A DNA stretch of 64,000 nucleotides from Desulfobacterales bacterium (GTDB lineage: Bacteria > Desulfobacterota > Desulfobacteria > Desulfobacterales > UBA5852). The stretch is taken from positions 640,001 to 704,000 of the forward strand of contig CAXXVS010000001.1 in NCBI GenBank assembly GCA_963674755.2, in the 5' to 3' direction. Both the position numbers and the translations under genes were made by a program. Shown piece by piece: positions 45,925 to 56,029 of this stretch. The notes under the pieces are model-generated. The model was not told where the DNA came from, made no database searches, and was given only the letters and a program-made list of their open reading frames with translations. Each line of letters opens with the position of its first letter. The first letter of the stretch is position 1.

Positions 45925-46717
45925 CTTTGCGGGACATAATATTGAAAAGGTTCGCACGCCAGCGCGCCATGGCGGATGCTTCAGCGACAACCAGGTTCTC
46001 ACGGCCGATGTAAAAACGCGCTGTTTGCGGATTGAGATCCAAACCCTGTCCCCGCATCAGTGCCGGTACACTCTCCAAGGTAAGGTTTTCCATGAAGCCA
46101 TAGCAAACCCTGACGCGATGAAACCCCCCGCCCAATTTTGCGGTGTGGATCTTTTCGAGATTAGGAACCCGCGGAATGTCTTCCACCTGAAAATTCAGCA
46201 ATATCGTCCGGCTGTGAATGACTTTGTTGGGCTTGGCGTTTTTTTGCCAGGGCCACGGGCGCGACATTTTTATTTCACGATAAATAAATCGCATCCCCTT
46301 CGATTTTGTTTGGTGGGTGGCCGGCCAGATCGACGATAAATTGATGCGCCGGCGGCATGATCTTGCGCAACTTGGCCGCCAAAACCCGGCGTCCCTTAGC
46401 CCAAGTGAGCATCAATGAAAAAATGTAGCCCCGATAACCTGCGGAAACCAGGCGCCATGAAAAATTTTGCTGATGTTGACCGCAAAAAAAGACACGTCCA
46501 CCAGTAAAAAGAGACCTGCCAGCGGTGCGGCCCATATCAAAGGCCAATGCCACTGTCTAAGGATTTCCAAAACATTGGCATGACTCACATCGATACCGTA
46601 CTGACCGTGGAAGCACTCCCGAATGGCATATATCGGGCTGGTGCTGATATCCCCAAAAACGACCCCCAGGGCGGCCAGTGAAAGCCGCGCCAGTCGGCTT
46701 TTCGGTTTACGTGGCAC
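45925..46717 (-). pseudogene. kup: KUP/HAK/KT potassium transporter remnant
   Basis: ALGVVFGDISTSPIYA N-terminus joined to late TM segment KIFHGAWFP, then frameshifted LTWAKGR, YGFME, FYIGRE pieces. Confidence 0.85.
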
Positions 46718-46782
46718 GCCCTGACGTTTAAGTTTTTCTGGGGCCGTTTCTTATGTCCCTGCCGTAGGCATGGTCATCGGCG

Positions 46783-48237
46783 TTATTCCTGCGGCTGCAA
46801 TACGGAACCGGCATAAAATACCGGGCACTGCTCACCCTGAAGAAATTCCCACCCCTCCTTCAGCGGGTTCATCACGGATCCGGCAATCGACGCAAAGATA
46901 CTTTGCTTCGCGATCTGCGGGTCACGGAAGGGCCCCTTCACTTCCTCGCTGTAAACGGCACACCCGCGTTTATCGAGGACCGCTACGGTAACGTCCTCAA
47001 ACCGCTCGGTGATGAAATTCAATCCCCCTGTCATGGCGATCCTCTGGTGTTTTGTGGCAAAGGCCACATCGCGCGCCCCGGCAATGCCATTTTCGACCTT
47101 CCAGACCGAAACAAGTTTTCGGACGACCCCCTTACCGCCCTGCGATTCTTCGTACAGGCGTGCAAAATTGTAGCTCTTGGTGAGTACGGGTCCGATGGGG
47201 CCCGCGAGCAGGAAGGCCGCCAAATCCACGAGGTTAAAGTTCTGGCTTTTTTCGTTTTTCATGATCAGCGCATCGATATCCATCTTGTAGAGCATCAGGT
47301 TCTCCCCGTTCAAGGAAAGGTCGCCGTTAAGCGATCGCCTGACCTCATCGGCGCTCTTGCCCATTGCCGTCAGGTCCGCGGAAAGATTGATCGGCCCTTC
47401 TATGGTTTTCGGGGGTATTTTGTTGCGTGCGTAGAGATCAAGAAGTTCTTCGATGGGGACCTCATCAAGATTGCCGATGAATCTGTATTGAGGCGACGGC
47501 CCCGTTAGGTCCGCATGAAGGCTTCCGCTTCCGGTCCCACCGGCGATGTTCATACCGAACGGGTTGATATCGAATATTCCCTTTTCACTGATTGCGTGCA
47601 TCGCAAGGTTCATCAGGGTCACGTCATTGATCCTGAGCATCTTGCATTTGATGTCCCCGGTTAAGGAGGTCTTCTTGAATGGTTCAGCACTGTTCATTCC
47701 GCCGGGCATTGTAAATTTTAGGCTCAAGTCAATGTCACCGGCTATGATTTTCTGGCCGGAGACCTCATCGTCATAAACAAGGCTCCCCTGAAAGACGGAA
47801 AACCTTTTCATCGCAAGCAGTCTTCCCCACGCTGGGTGCACCGGAGGTTTTATATTCAACAGCCCGTCAGCGGACCGGAGGATGGAAATGACCGGCTTGT
47901 AAAGGCCGATCTGGATGATTTCAATGTCGAAGCTTGCAAGCGCCAAAGCCTTCAGCGCGATTTTCATTTTCTCAATCGTTGCGACATTCAATCCGTTGTT
48001 CCGCACGCTAACGTCCTTCAGCGACAGACCGAAAACCGGAAAAAGAGAAATGTCCATCTTCCCCTTTATGCGGGCATCCATTCCCAGAGCGGTTGACAGG
48101 GCCGCCTCGACTTGCGGCGCAAAGGCGCTGATATTGTATCGGAGAGGGAGCATACCAGCGACGGCCACAATCGCCGTGACACCCGTAATAAGCAGGAATT
48201 TTTTAGTTCGGTTAGCCATCCGCAGTGATTTTCTCAA
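46783..48237 (-). CDS. AsmA family protein
   Basis: N-terminal TM anchor, IKGKMDISLFP..GLSLKDV, beta-rich repeats, VKGPFRDP. Confidence 0.85.
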   Translation of the reverse strand: MRKSLRMANRTKKFLLITGVTAIVAVAGMLPLRYNISAFAPQVEAALSTALGMDARIKGKMDISLFPVFGLSLKDVSVRNNGLNVATIEKMKIALKALALASFDIEIIQIGLYKPVISILRSADGLLNIKPPVHPAWGRLLAMKRFSVFQGSLVYDDEVSGQKIIAGDIDLSLKFTMPGGMNSAEPFKKTSLTGDIKCKMLRINDVTLMNLAMHAISEKGIFDINPFGMNIAGGTGSGSLHADLTGPSPQYRFIGNLDEVPIEELLDLYARNKIPPKTIEGPINLSADLTAMGKSADEVRRSLNGDLSLNGENLMLYKMDIDALIMKNEKSQNFNLVDLAAFLLAGPIGPVLTKSYNFARLYEESQGGKGVVRKLVSVWKVENGIAGARDVAFATKHQRIAMTGGLNFITERFEDVTVAVLDKRGCAVYSEEVKGPFRDPQIAKQSIFASIAGSVMNPLKEGWEFLQGEQCPVFYAGSVLQPQE

Positions 48238-48244
48238 TCGTCAT

Positions 48245-48334
48245 TTAGGGCTCCAAATCCTTTTTTCTTTGATCGAATTCTTCTTTGTCGATTTCACCGT
48301 TTGCATAACGTCTCTTCAAAATATCTTGGGCGTT
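48245..48334 (-). pseudogene. SHOCT-domain remnant
   Basis: NAQDILKRRYANGEIDKEEFDQRKKDL lies directly behind an in-frame TGA with no start of its own. Confidence 0.65.
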
Positions 48335-48411
48335 TCAACGGTTTAAATTTGACGGATGGTTAGCTCTGGGCTTTGCAGGAGGTTCGGATGTACTGAACGG
48401 CGAATGAAGCT

Positions 48412-49068
48412 TCAGGCCGCATACCACAGCACGAGAAAGTAATGACATGTGGTGCCGGTGATCACGAATAGATGCCAGATAAAATGGCCGTATGACATTC
48501 GCGAATCGGCTGCAAAAAATGCCACGCCGACGGTGTAGGACAAGCCTCCCGCAATCAATAAGAACAGGCCCGCCGTCGGCATGCTGGCAAGCAGCGGTTT
48601 TATCGTTATCAGGGCCAGCCACCCCATCACCAGATATAGGACGGTCGATAAAATGGGATGTGAGGCCTTATAGATGGTTTTCAACGTTATTCCGGCGATA
48701 GCCAACCCCCAAACCATTCCGAAGAGCGTCCAGCCGAATGGGCCGCGAAGTATGCCAAGCGTTAACGGGGTGTACGTGCCGGCGATAAGAATATAGATCG
48801 CGGAATGCTCGATGATTCGAAAGCAGCGCTTGACCTTGCCGACTGGCCACGCATGATAGAGGGTGGAAGCGAGGTAAAGAAGGATCATGGAGGCGGCGAA
48901 GACAATCGTGCCGACAATGAATCCGGCATCCCCATGGCGCACCGCATGACGGATGAGAAATGGCGTTCCGATGAGTGCGCCGAGCAGCCCTAAGCCGTGG
49001 CTGATACTGTTGGCGATCTCTTCGCCTTGGGACTGCATTTGCTTCAGGTTTGAAAGGATCAATTGCAC
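48412..49068 (-). CDS. Hemolysin III/PAQR family membrane protein
   Basis: EEIANSISH, STLYH, EHSAIY..IAGTYTP, HFIWHLFV; start uncertain. Confidence 0.92.
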   Translation of the reverse strand: MQLILSNLKQMQSQGEEIANSISHGLGLLGALIGTPFLIRHAVRHGDAGFIVGTIVFAASMILLYLASTLYHAWPVGKVKRCFRIIEHSAIYILIAGTYTPLTLGILRGPFGWTLFGMVWGLAIAGITLKTIYKASHPILSTVLYLVMGWLALITIKPLLASMPTAGLFLLIAGGLSYTVGVAFFAADSRMSYGHFIWHLFVITGTTCHYFLVLWYAA

Positions 49069-49148
49069 GTTGCTTCACGCTCCCTTCATCGCAGACTGCG
49101 CCGGCTCGGCTTCACGGGGCGTGCTTTGTCATCCACAAAACGGCCCCT

Positions 49149-51866
49149 TTATACAGCCGTTTTTTCGGCGATGCCCGGCGATGTTTCCGAAGCGGATCGC
49201 TTTCCTTCGAAATGGATGACCAGTCGATTGTCCCCGGCGTCGAGGTCTTTTTTGGCCTCAAACCCCAGCTTTTTCCCCAACGCGAGCATGTTCCTATTCT
49301 CTTGTAATACGATGCCGTGAACCGTTTTGAATCCCTGCTTCTCGGCAATTGAGAGGCATTTTTCCAACAGGTTGCCCCCGATGCCCTGGCCTTGCCAGGC
49401 ATCCCCCACCAGAACGGCGAATTCACCCGTCCTGCCATCCGCGTCGCCGATGATTCGGGCAACCCCCAGCATGGTGTCGGTTTCCGATTCTTCATCGATG
49501 GCCACCAGGGCAATCTCCCGGTCGTAATCGATCTGGGTGAAGCGGGCCAGCATCTCGGGATTCAGCTCTTTTAGCGTGCCGAAGAAACGATAGTAAATCG
49601 TGGTGGGCGAAAGCGACTTGAACAACGCCGTGAAAAGGGGGGCGTCCTCGGGTTTGACGGGCCGGACAAAAATGCGGTGCCCGTCGACGCTGACCATATG
49701 GGACTCATCCTCCTCCGGATAGGGGCCGATCACCAGATGCAGGGAGGAGGGCACCGCCAGCGGTGCAACGTGGATGCGGGCATCCACCGCGACGGGTTTG
49801 CCATCCTTGATCAGAACGGGATTCATGTCCAGTTCGGCGATGGTGGGGAAATCGATCAATAATTGGGAGAGCCGGATGATCATTTCTTCGAGTATCTGCA
49901 TGTCCGCAGCGGGGCGGCTGCGGTAGCCTTGCAACAGGGCGTAGGCTTTGGTCTCCTGCATCAGCCTGCGGGCCAGCAAGCGGTTCATGGGTGGAAGCCC
50001 CAGGGACCGGTCTTTTAGCACTTCCGTGTAAATGCCGCCCATGCCGAACAGGATGACGGGGCCAAAATTGGGATCGCGCTTGGCACCCAGCAGAATTTCA
50101 TAATCCGGGTTTGAAAAGTAGGGCTGAAGGGTAACGCCCTCGATCCGGGCATCGGGTTTGTATTGGCGGGCCGATGATAGGATTTGACGGTAAGCCTCGC
50201 CAACATCCGCATCGCCACGCAGGTCCAGACGAACACCGCCGGCATCGGTTTTATGGCTGATGTCCGGTGAGTGCAGTTTCATGACCATCGGGTATCCCAT
50301 TTCCCCGGCGATCTGCACGGCTTGGGCCTCGGTCGTGGCGATTTGCGTCTTGATCATGGGCAGGCCGTAGGCCGTGAGAATTGCGTTGGAATCCGATTCC
50401 GACACAACTCCCTGGTCCGCCGTACCGGCGATCAGCCGGCGGGCCTTTTCCTGATCGAAGGCCATGTCCCCGGCTATTTTCGGTGGGACTTCCAACAGCA
50501 TTTCGAGGTTTCGGGCATATTCGACCATATACAAAAATGCCCGGACCGCCCGTTCCGGTGTGTCATAGGTCGGGATTCCCGCGTCATTCAACACGTCCAC
50601 GGCCGTGGCGATGCGCTTGCCGCCCATCCAGCAGGCAAATACCGGAAACCGGCGATCCTGGATCGCAGCGGCCAGCGTTTCGGCTACGGAAAGGGGGTCG
50701 GTAAGGGCCTGGGGCGCAAGGATGACCAGCACACCGTCCAGGTTCTTCGCGTTGAAGCAGATCGCCAGAGCGCGGTCGAACCGCACCGCGGAGGCGTCGC
50801 CGAGGATGTCGATGGGGTTGCCCCGGCTCCAGAAGTCCGGCAGGAAGGCATCGAAGGCCTGTACCGTTTCAGAGTCAAGGGGTGCCGGCTCCTGACCATA
50901 GCGGGCGAGGGTGTCGGTGGCCATCACACCCGGTCCGCCGCCATTGGTGAGGATCGCCAACCGGGGGCCGCGTGGTCGCGGCTGCTTGGCCATCAGCTCC
51001 GCGCAGTCGAAGAGTTCTTCGATGGTGTCCACGCGCACGATGCCGGCGCGCTTGAAGGCGGCGTCATAGACGGCATCTTCTCCGGCCATGGCACCCGTGT
51101 GCGAGGCCGCGGCCCTCGCACCGGCGGGACTTCTACCGGATTTGAGCACGATGATGGGTTTAATCCGGGACACGGAACGTGCGGCGCTCATGAATTTGCG
51201 GAAATTCGTCAGATTTTCGATATACAATAGAATGCTTTTGGCCGAGGGGTCATTGCCGAGATAATCGATCATGTCTCCGAAATCGACATCCAGCATGGAG
51301 CCGATGCTGACAAAATGACTAAAGCCGATGCGTTCCTTCAACGCCAGATCGAGAATCGCCGTGCAGATGGCGCCGCTCTGGGACACAAAAGCCAGATTTC
51401 CGGCTACGGGCATCTCGGCGGCAAAGCTGGCGTTGAGGTTCACGCCTGGACGAATAATGCCCATGCAGTTCGGTCCTACGATGCGAAGTCCGCCGTCCTT
51501 TGCGATGTGCCGAATCTTTTCCTCTATCTTCCGGCCCGCTTCACCGACCTCCTTGCCCCCCGCCGAAATGATAACGGCGCCGCCGACCTTTTTTTCGACG
51601 CATTCTCCGACGATATCGGCCACGCTGGGCATCGGTGTGGCGATAATCGCCAGGTCCACGCCCGTCTCCAAGGCGGAAACCGATGCGACGCAGGCCTGCC
51701 CGTGGCTGATTTGGTAGTTGGGATTGACCGGCCGCACGGTTCCGGAAAACCGGCCGCCGACAAGATTTTTCATCAACGCATTGCCGATGGTGCCTGTCTT
51801 TTCGCTGGCGCCCACCACCGCGACCTGGCGCGGGTTAAAGATGCGTTTCAGGTTGAATTGGGCCAT
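49149..51866 (-). CDS. Acyl-CoA synthetase (NDP-forming)-like/GNAT fusion, Pat/Pka-type protein lysine acetyltransferase
   Basis: VVGAS CoA-binding, GPNCMG, SQSGA, ASHTG, HKTDAGGV ATP-grasp, GNAT WQGQGIG. Confidence 0.93.
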   Translation of the reverse strand: MAQFNLKRIFNPRQVAVVGASEKTGTIGNALMKNLVGGRFSGTVRPVNPNYQISHGQACVASVSALETGVDLAIIATPMPSVADIVGECVEKKVGGAVIISAGGKEVGEAGRKIEEKIRHIAKDGGLRIVGPNCMGIIRPGVNLNASFAAEMPVAGNLAFVSQSGAICTAILDLALKERIGFSHFVSIGSMLDVDFGDMIDYLGNDPSAKSILLYIENLTNFRKFMSAARSVSRIKPIIVLKSGRSPAGARAAASHTGAMAGEDAVYDAAFKRAGIVRVDTIEELFDCAELMAKQPRPRGPRLAILTNGGGPGVMATDTLARYGQEPAPLDSETVQAFDAFLPDFWSRGNPIDILGDASAVRFDRALAICFNAKNLDGVLVILAPQALTDPLSVAETLAAAIQDRRFPVFACWMGGKRIATAVDVLNDAGIPTYDTPERAVRAFLYMVEYARNLEMLLEVPPKIAGDMAFDQEKARRLIAGTADQGVVSESDSNAILTAYGLPMIKTQIATTEAQAVQIAGEMGYPMVMKLHSPDISHKTDAGGVRLDLRGDADVGEAYRQILSSARQYKPDARIEGVTLQPYFSNPDYEILLGAKRDPNFGPVILFGMGGIYTEVLKDRSLGLPPMNRLLARRLMQETKAYALLQGYRSRPAADMQILEEMIIRLSQLLIDFPTIAELDMNPVLIKDGKPVAVDARIHVAPLAVPSSLHLVIGPYPEEDESHMVSVDGHRIFVRPVKPEDAPLFTALFKSLSPTTIYYRFFGTLKELNPEMLARFTQIDYDREIALVAIDEESETDTMLGVARIIGDADGRTGEFAVLVGDAWQGQGIGGNLLEKCLSIAEKQGFKTVHGIVLQENRNMLALGKKLGFEAKKDLDAGDNRLVIHFEGKRSASETSPGIAEKTAV

Positions 51867-51898
51867 TTTGTATCCTTGTCCGGCGAAGGGTCAACGGG

Positions 51899-52048
51899 TC
51901 ACACCCGTCTTCGTCCTTGAAACACTTGAAAAAGCAACACAATGATGGCGATCACCAGCAGGGCATGAATGACGCCGCCCATGGTGGTGCCGGTCAATAA
52001 TCCCAATCCCCACAGAACAAGAAGAATAACAAATAGTGTCCAAAGCAT
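51899..52048 (-). CDS. lmo0937-family small membrane protein (49 aa)
   Basis: Manual translation MLWTLFVILLVLWGLGLLTGTTMGGVIHALLVIAIIVLLFQVFQGRRRV; AAAGGAG RBS. Confidence 0.85.
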   Translation of the reverse strand: MLWTLFVILLVLWGLGLLTGTTMGGVIHALLVIAIIVLLFQVFQGRRRV

Positions 52049-52098
52049 GGTGGACTCCTTTCCAAAACCGTCAAATTGCCTTTGACATGCGTCTATGT

Positions 52099-52278
52099 TT
52101 ACTTCCCAACGACTTCCTTGATCTCGCCGATCTTTTCCTGAACTTTCCCGTCAACATTTTCGGCTTGACCATCGGCTTCCAGGTCGCGGTTCCCGACTAC
52201 TTTCCCGGCGACCTGCTTGATCTTGCCCTTCACTTTGTGCCACTTGCCTTCGGCTTCGTCCCTTGTACTTGATTTCAT
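52099..52278 (-). CDS. CsbD family stress protein
   Basis: EGKWHKVKGKIK...GKVQEKIG; GGGAG RBS. Confidence 0.9.
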   Translation of the reverse strand: MKSSTRDEAEGKWHKVKGKIKQVAGKVVGNRDLEADGQAENVDGKVQEKIGEIKEVVGK

Positions 52279-52373
52279 GGTGGTCTCCCTTTGGATTAGG
52301 GACCCTGGCAAACACGAATGGCTTTGCCGGTCCGGCGGTTATCTTCGCACCGCTATATACGACGACTTATTAC

Positions 52374-52389
52374 TTCAATCTTTGTGCCA
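52374..52389 (-). promoter_or_regulatory. Putative sigma-54 promoter (TGGCACAAAGATTGAA) upstream of the csbD-family gene
   Basis: TGGCAC-N5-TTG(A); tandem operator 102 bp upstream. Confidence 0.65.
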
Positions 52390-52490
52390 GGTTTCCGAAC
52401 CGCAGCGCAATGTCACCCATTGTGCTGATTCTTAAGCGCAACTTGTTTGAATGGCATTTACAGAGCGGTCAAGGACCGCCTCATTAAAGA

Positions 52491-52521
52491 GGTCATATCT
52501 GACCGGTGGTCATATTTGGCC
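52491..52521. promoter_or_regulatory. Tandem palindromic operator GGTCATATCTGACC-GGT-GGTCATATTTGGCC
   Basis: 27/31 identical to 45892-45922 with the same GGT spacer. Confidence 0.75.
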
Positions 52522-52802
52522 CCTCTTGGCGGTCCCCCAAGTGCCCTTGGTGGCAGTGATATAGGCGGGATTTTTATTGATTCAGTCGTTTATGCGCCTC
52601 GGCTTGGCTGCGGCCGTCCGGCGACGTACCGGGTTCGCCAGCCGGTCCGACATGGGCAGGGATTTTTAAGTCGTTCTTCCCATGGGGTTTCGATCCTGGT
52701 TTGGGATAGGGGGCCTCAGGCAATCGGCGATGGGGTAGGTCTCTTGTGGGGAATGAATCGAAAGCACACTTGCCCGGGTTTTCCCGGGAATCCTATTCGG
52801 AC

Positions 52803-54401
52803 TCAATCGCCGCTCCCGGTAACGGGCGGCTCTTCGGTTGTTTTTTCCTCTTCGCCCGATTCCAGCCGCAGCAGCCGGGCATCGATGTCGGCCAGCAGCT
52901 TATCGTAGACCGTCTGGTCGAGAAGGCCTTGCCGGAAGGCATCGGTCACATGGTTTTTTTCCGTGAGCAACAGATGCCGGCGGGCCCATTGGGATTCCTG
53001 GGCCACAATCGCCGTGCGGTCGAGTTCCAAGGCACCCATCTGGCCCTGCTCCGCTGTAATCCGCTGGGTATATTCATCCTTGAGTCGGGCACGAACGTCA
53101 TCGCGAAAGAAATGGACGTGCGACATGCGATCCAGCTCTTCGAGCGCCGCGCTGGCCGCCTGCAACTTGCCGCGGGCGAACTCGTAGGCTTCGTGATGCT
53201 CGCGCCCCTTGATGATGCCCATCCAGCGCAGCAGGTGCGAAACCGTCATGCCGTGCACCAGAATCGAGATCATCACCACCCCGAAGGTCATGGTCACCAG
53301 GAGATCCCGATGGGGGAAATCCTTTGCCAGACTCAGCACGAGCACCATCGGCAACCCGCCGCGCAATCCGCCCCACGTCAGCACTACGCTCCACGACCAC
53401 GGGATTTTCTCGCGGGTCTTTCGCAGAATAGCGGATACTGCGAAGATCACCAGCCCCCGGCCCACGGTCACCACCAGGTAGGCGACCAGAATGGCCTTCC
53501 ACGAGGTGAACAGCGCATCGAGATGCACCTCCAGACCGATAAGCAGGAACACAAACGAGTTCAGCGCAAAGGCCACGTATTCCCAAAAGGTCTCCACGGC
53601 GACCCGCGTGGAAGGCGTCATGCCGAAGCGCGCGCCGTAGTTGCCGCAAAGCACCCCGGCCACCACCACCGCGATGACGCCCGAATAATGAAAGTGCTCG
53701 GCCGTCACAAACGCGCCGTAGGCCGCGATGGTCGTCAACGTGATCTCGATCATCGCATCATCGATCTGTTTGATCACCTGCGAGACCGCCAAGCCGACCG
53801 CCGCGCCGATCAGTCCGCCGAAACCGACAATCTTGAGGAAGTCCGTCACGATTTGGCCCGTCGTGACGCTGGCGCCGGTCACCAGCGACAGACTGAGCGT
53901 GAAAAATACGATCGCCGTGCCGTCGTTGAGCAGGCTTTCGCCGTCGAGCAAGACCGACAAACGCCGCGGTGCGCCGAGGCTCCGGAACACCGCCACCACC
54001 GCGATCGGATCGGTGGCCGCGATCAACGCCCCGAACACCAGCGCGTACGACCACGTAAAATCCTGTTCCAGGTGCAGCGTGCTCACGACGGGGGTTAGGA
54101 TCACGGTCGTCAATCCAACCGCCGCGGCCAGGCCCGGCACGGCCAGCGAGGCGATGGTCAGGCGGTTGCGCCAGAATTCCCGGAACTCGATGTGAAAGGC
54201 GGCCTCGAACAGCAAACCCGGCAGGAATACCGAGAAGAGCAGTTCCTTCGTCAAATGGGGCGGCGTGAAAAGGTTCAGGATACCGAGCACCAACCCGCTT
54301 AACACCAGTGCCACGGTGTACGGCACATTCAATTGGCGCACCGCAATCGCCACCATTGCAGCGACCGAAAACAAAAGGATCAAAATGGTCTCAGTTTGCA
54401 C
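52803..54401 (-). CDS. Na+/H+ antiporter (CPA1 family)
   Basis: FLPGLLFEAA, ATDPIAV, GESLLNDG, WGGLRG. Confidence 0.93.
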   Translation of the reverse strand: MQTETILILLFSVAAMVAIAVRQLNVPYTVALVLSGLVLGILNLFTPPHLTKELLFSVFLPGLLFEAAFHIEFREFWRNRLTIASLAVPGLAAAVGLTTVILTPVVSTLHLEQDFTWSYALVFGALIAATDPIAVVAVFRSLGAPRRLSVLLDGESLLNDGTAIVFFTLSLSLVTGASVTTGQIVTDFLKIVGFGGLIGAAVGLAVSQVIKQIDDAMIEITLTTIAAYGAFVTAEHFHYSGVIAVVVAGVLCGNYGARFGMTPSTRVAVETFWEYVAFALNSFVFLLIGLEVHLDALFTSWKAILVAYLVVTVGRGLVIFAVSAILRKTREKIPWSWSVVLTWGGLRGGLPMVLVLSLAKDFPHRDLLVTMTFGVVMISILVHGMTVSHLLRWMGIIKGREHHEAYEFARGKLQAASAALEELDRMSHVHFFRDDVRARLKDEYTQRITAEQGQMGALELDRTAIVAQESQWARRHLLLTEKNHVTDAFRQGLLDQTVYDKLLADIDARLLRLESGEEEKTTEEPPVTGSGD

Positions 54402-54586
54402 AGTCTGTCACCCCGTATCCGGCGCGGGTCTTTTTCTTCCCGGCATGGCTTCGCTGCGCGCCCTGCCCGGTTGCACGCGGCGCCATACTGATTAGAGGCG
54501 TGTTGGGTCGCCAATACGGAAGCGGTTCACGAGAGACAATAGGCGCGTGGCGCCGATGTTATTTTCGAGGTAATGCCCGTCGGCGA

Positions 54587-55975
54587 CTAACATGAATCGT
54601 CTTTCTCCTCCCCCGCGCACAAAGCAGGCTCGGCTTCGAGCGCTTCGTACACGCGCTTCAATCGCGTGTCAATCCTCGCACGGTCATGGGCGGACGCGAG
54701 GGTGCGGTCGGCCAATTCGGCGATCCATCGCACCTGATCGCCAAGCGCCCGCCGCCGGTCAGGGCGGCTCGTCAGACCGGCGATGGTTTCAAGCGCCCCG
54801 AGCATCCGCAACATGATGGCGACATCGCCTTTGGCGTTACTCCGAATCTGATCGAAGGAATCGGCCAGCAAGCTTTCAAAACTCGGCCCCATGGCGATCA
54901 CGCGCAGTTCCCCATCCTCGTAGCGGTAAGAAGAGGGTATCTCCCGCGGTGCGATCCGAGCCAGAATTGTCGTCAAATAATCCACGCCCATTACGGCCGT
55001 CGTGGTGTCGTTGATGCCGGGCGACAGCGCTTTCAGGGCCACATCCACGATCTGCCGGATGCCGAAGGCCGCGTCCTGGTCTACCGTGCGATGTCGGCTG
55101 ATGCTGAAGGCCGCCTGCAGGGCGGCAATCGTCTCTCCATCCAGCGGATCTTCCAGGGCGACGGAGGCCAGCATGGTGTCCCGGACCACGAACGCGCCGA
55201 TACCGTGCGCCATGCGCACGATGGCTTTCCTTTCACCCGCCAGGCGTAGAAGCGCTGCGTTATCTACGCTCTGGATATAGCCGCTCTGTTTGGCCGGGAC
55301 GGTGCGCCAATTACGCTCGGACAGCGGGTGTCGCCCCTGGTCATCATCGTCTTCGCCCGGCCCTTGTCCCAGTTTTTGCGGAAACAGCCGGTCAATGGCG
55401 GTGATGGTTTCCTGGGCGACCGAGGCGATGATGCTGGAGGCCTGGATCGAAGTGGCGATGTGGTGAATGAAGAACATGAGGGTGACAACACCCCCAAGCG
55501 CCAGCGCAAAACCGAAAAACACCGCCAGGCTTGGAACAAAGGCGCCCCCGTCGCCGCCGCGGATGGTGCGCAACACGATCAGGCAATAGGTGAAAATGCC
55601 GGCGAAGATCCCGAGCACGACCTGCGTGACGCGGCTGCGCATGAAGTTGCGCAGGATGCGCGAGGTGTATTGGCTGGAAGCCAGCGTCAGCACCACCAAT
55701 ATCATGGAGAACGTGACGCCCACCACGGACATCATCGAACCTGCAATCGTGGACATCATCCCGCGCGCGGCTTCCGGACCGGCCCCAAACAGGCGTGGCC
55801 ACTGGGCCAGCCATCGGTCGCTTCCGGCCGAGTCCGCCGCGATCAACACCGCTGCGAGGGCAATACCGGCCAGGACGATCAGGGAAGGCAAAAACCAGAA
55901 GCTCGACCGCAGATTGCTCCAAAGCTGGTTGAACTTATTCATGAGCAGCTTCCCTATCCTGGGTGAAGGGCGCAT
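54587..55975 (-). CDS. DUF2254 domain-containing membrane protein
   Basis: SFWFLP, LASSQYTSR, RTVDQD, KALSPGINDTTTA; start may be ATG 55942. Confidence 0.88.
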   Translation of the reverse strand: MRPSPRIGKLLMNKFNQLWSNLRSSFWFLPSLIVLAGIALAAVLIAADSAGSDRWLAQWPRLFGAGPEAARGMMSTIAGSMMSVVGVTFSMILVVLTLASSQYTSRILRNFMRSRVTQVVLGIFAGIFTYCLIVLRTIRGGDGGAFVPSLAVFFGFALALGGVVTLMFFIHHIATSIQASSIIASVAQETITAIDRLFPQKLGQGPGEDDDDQGRHPLSERNWRTVPAKQSGYIQSVDNAALLRLAGERKAIVRMAHGIGAFVVRDTMLASVALEDPLDGETIAALQAAFSISRHRTVDQDAAFGIRQIVDVALKALSPGINDTTTAVMGVDYLTTILARIAPREIPSSYRYEDGELRVIAMGPSFESLLADSFDQIRSNAKGDVAIMLRMLGALETIAGLTSRPDRRRALGDQVRWIAELADRTLASAHDRARIDTRLKRVYEALEAEPALCAGEEKDDSC

Positions 55976-56029
55976 CTTAATCCATGTCGGAGATTGCGTG
56001 GGGGGCTCGGTTGCTTCATTTCGTTTGTT

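Noticed and set aside
48335..48337. TGA before the SHOCT segment as a Sec or readthrough codon
   Set aside because: Not a Cys-type position, and the upstream frame overlaps the hemolysin III gene; a nonsense or junction origin is simpler
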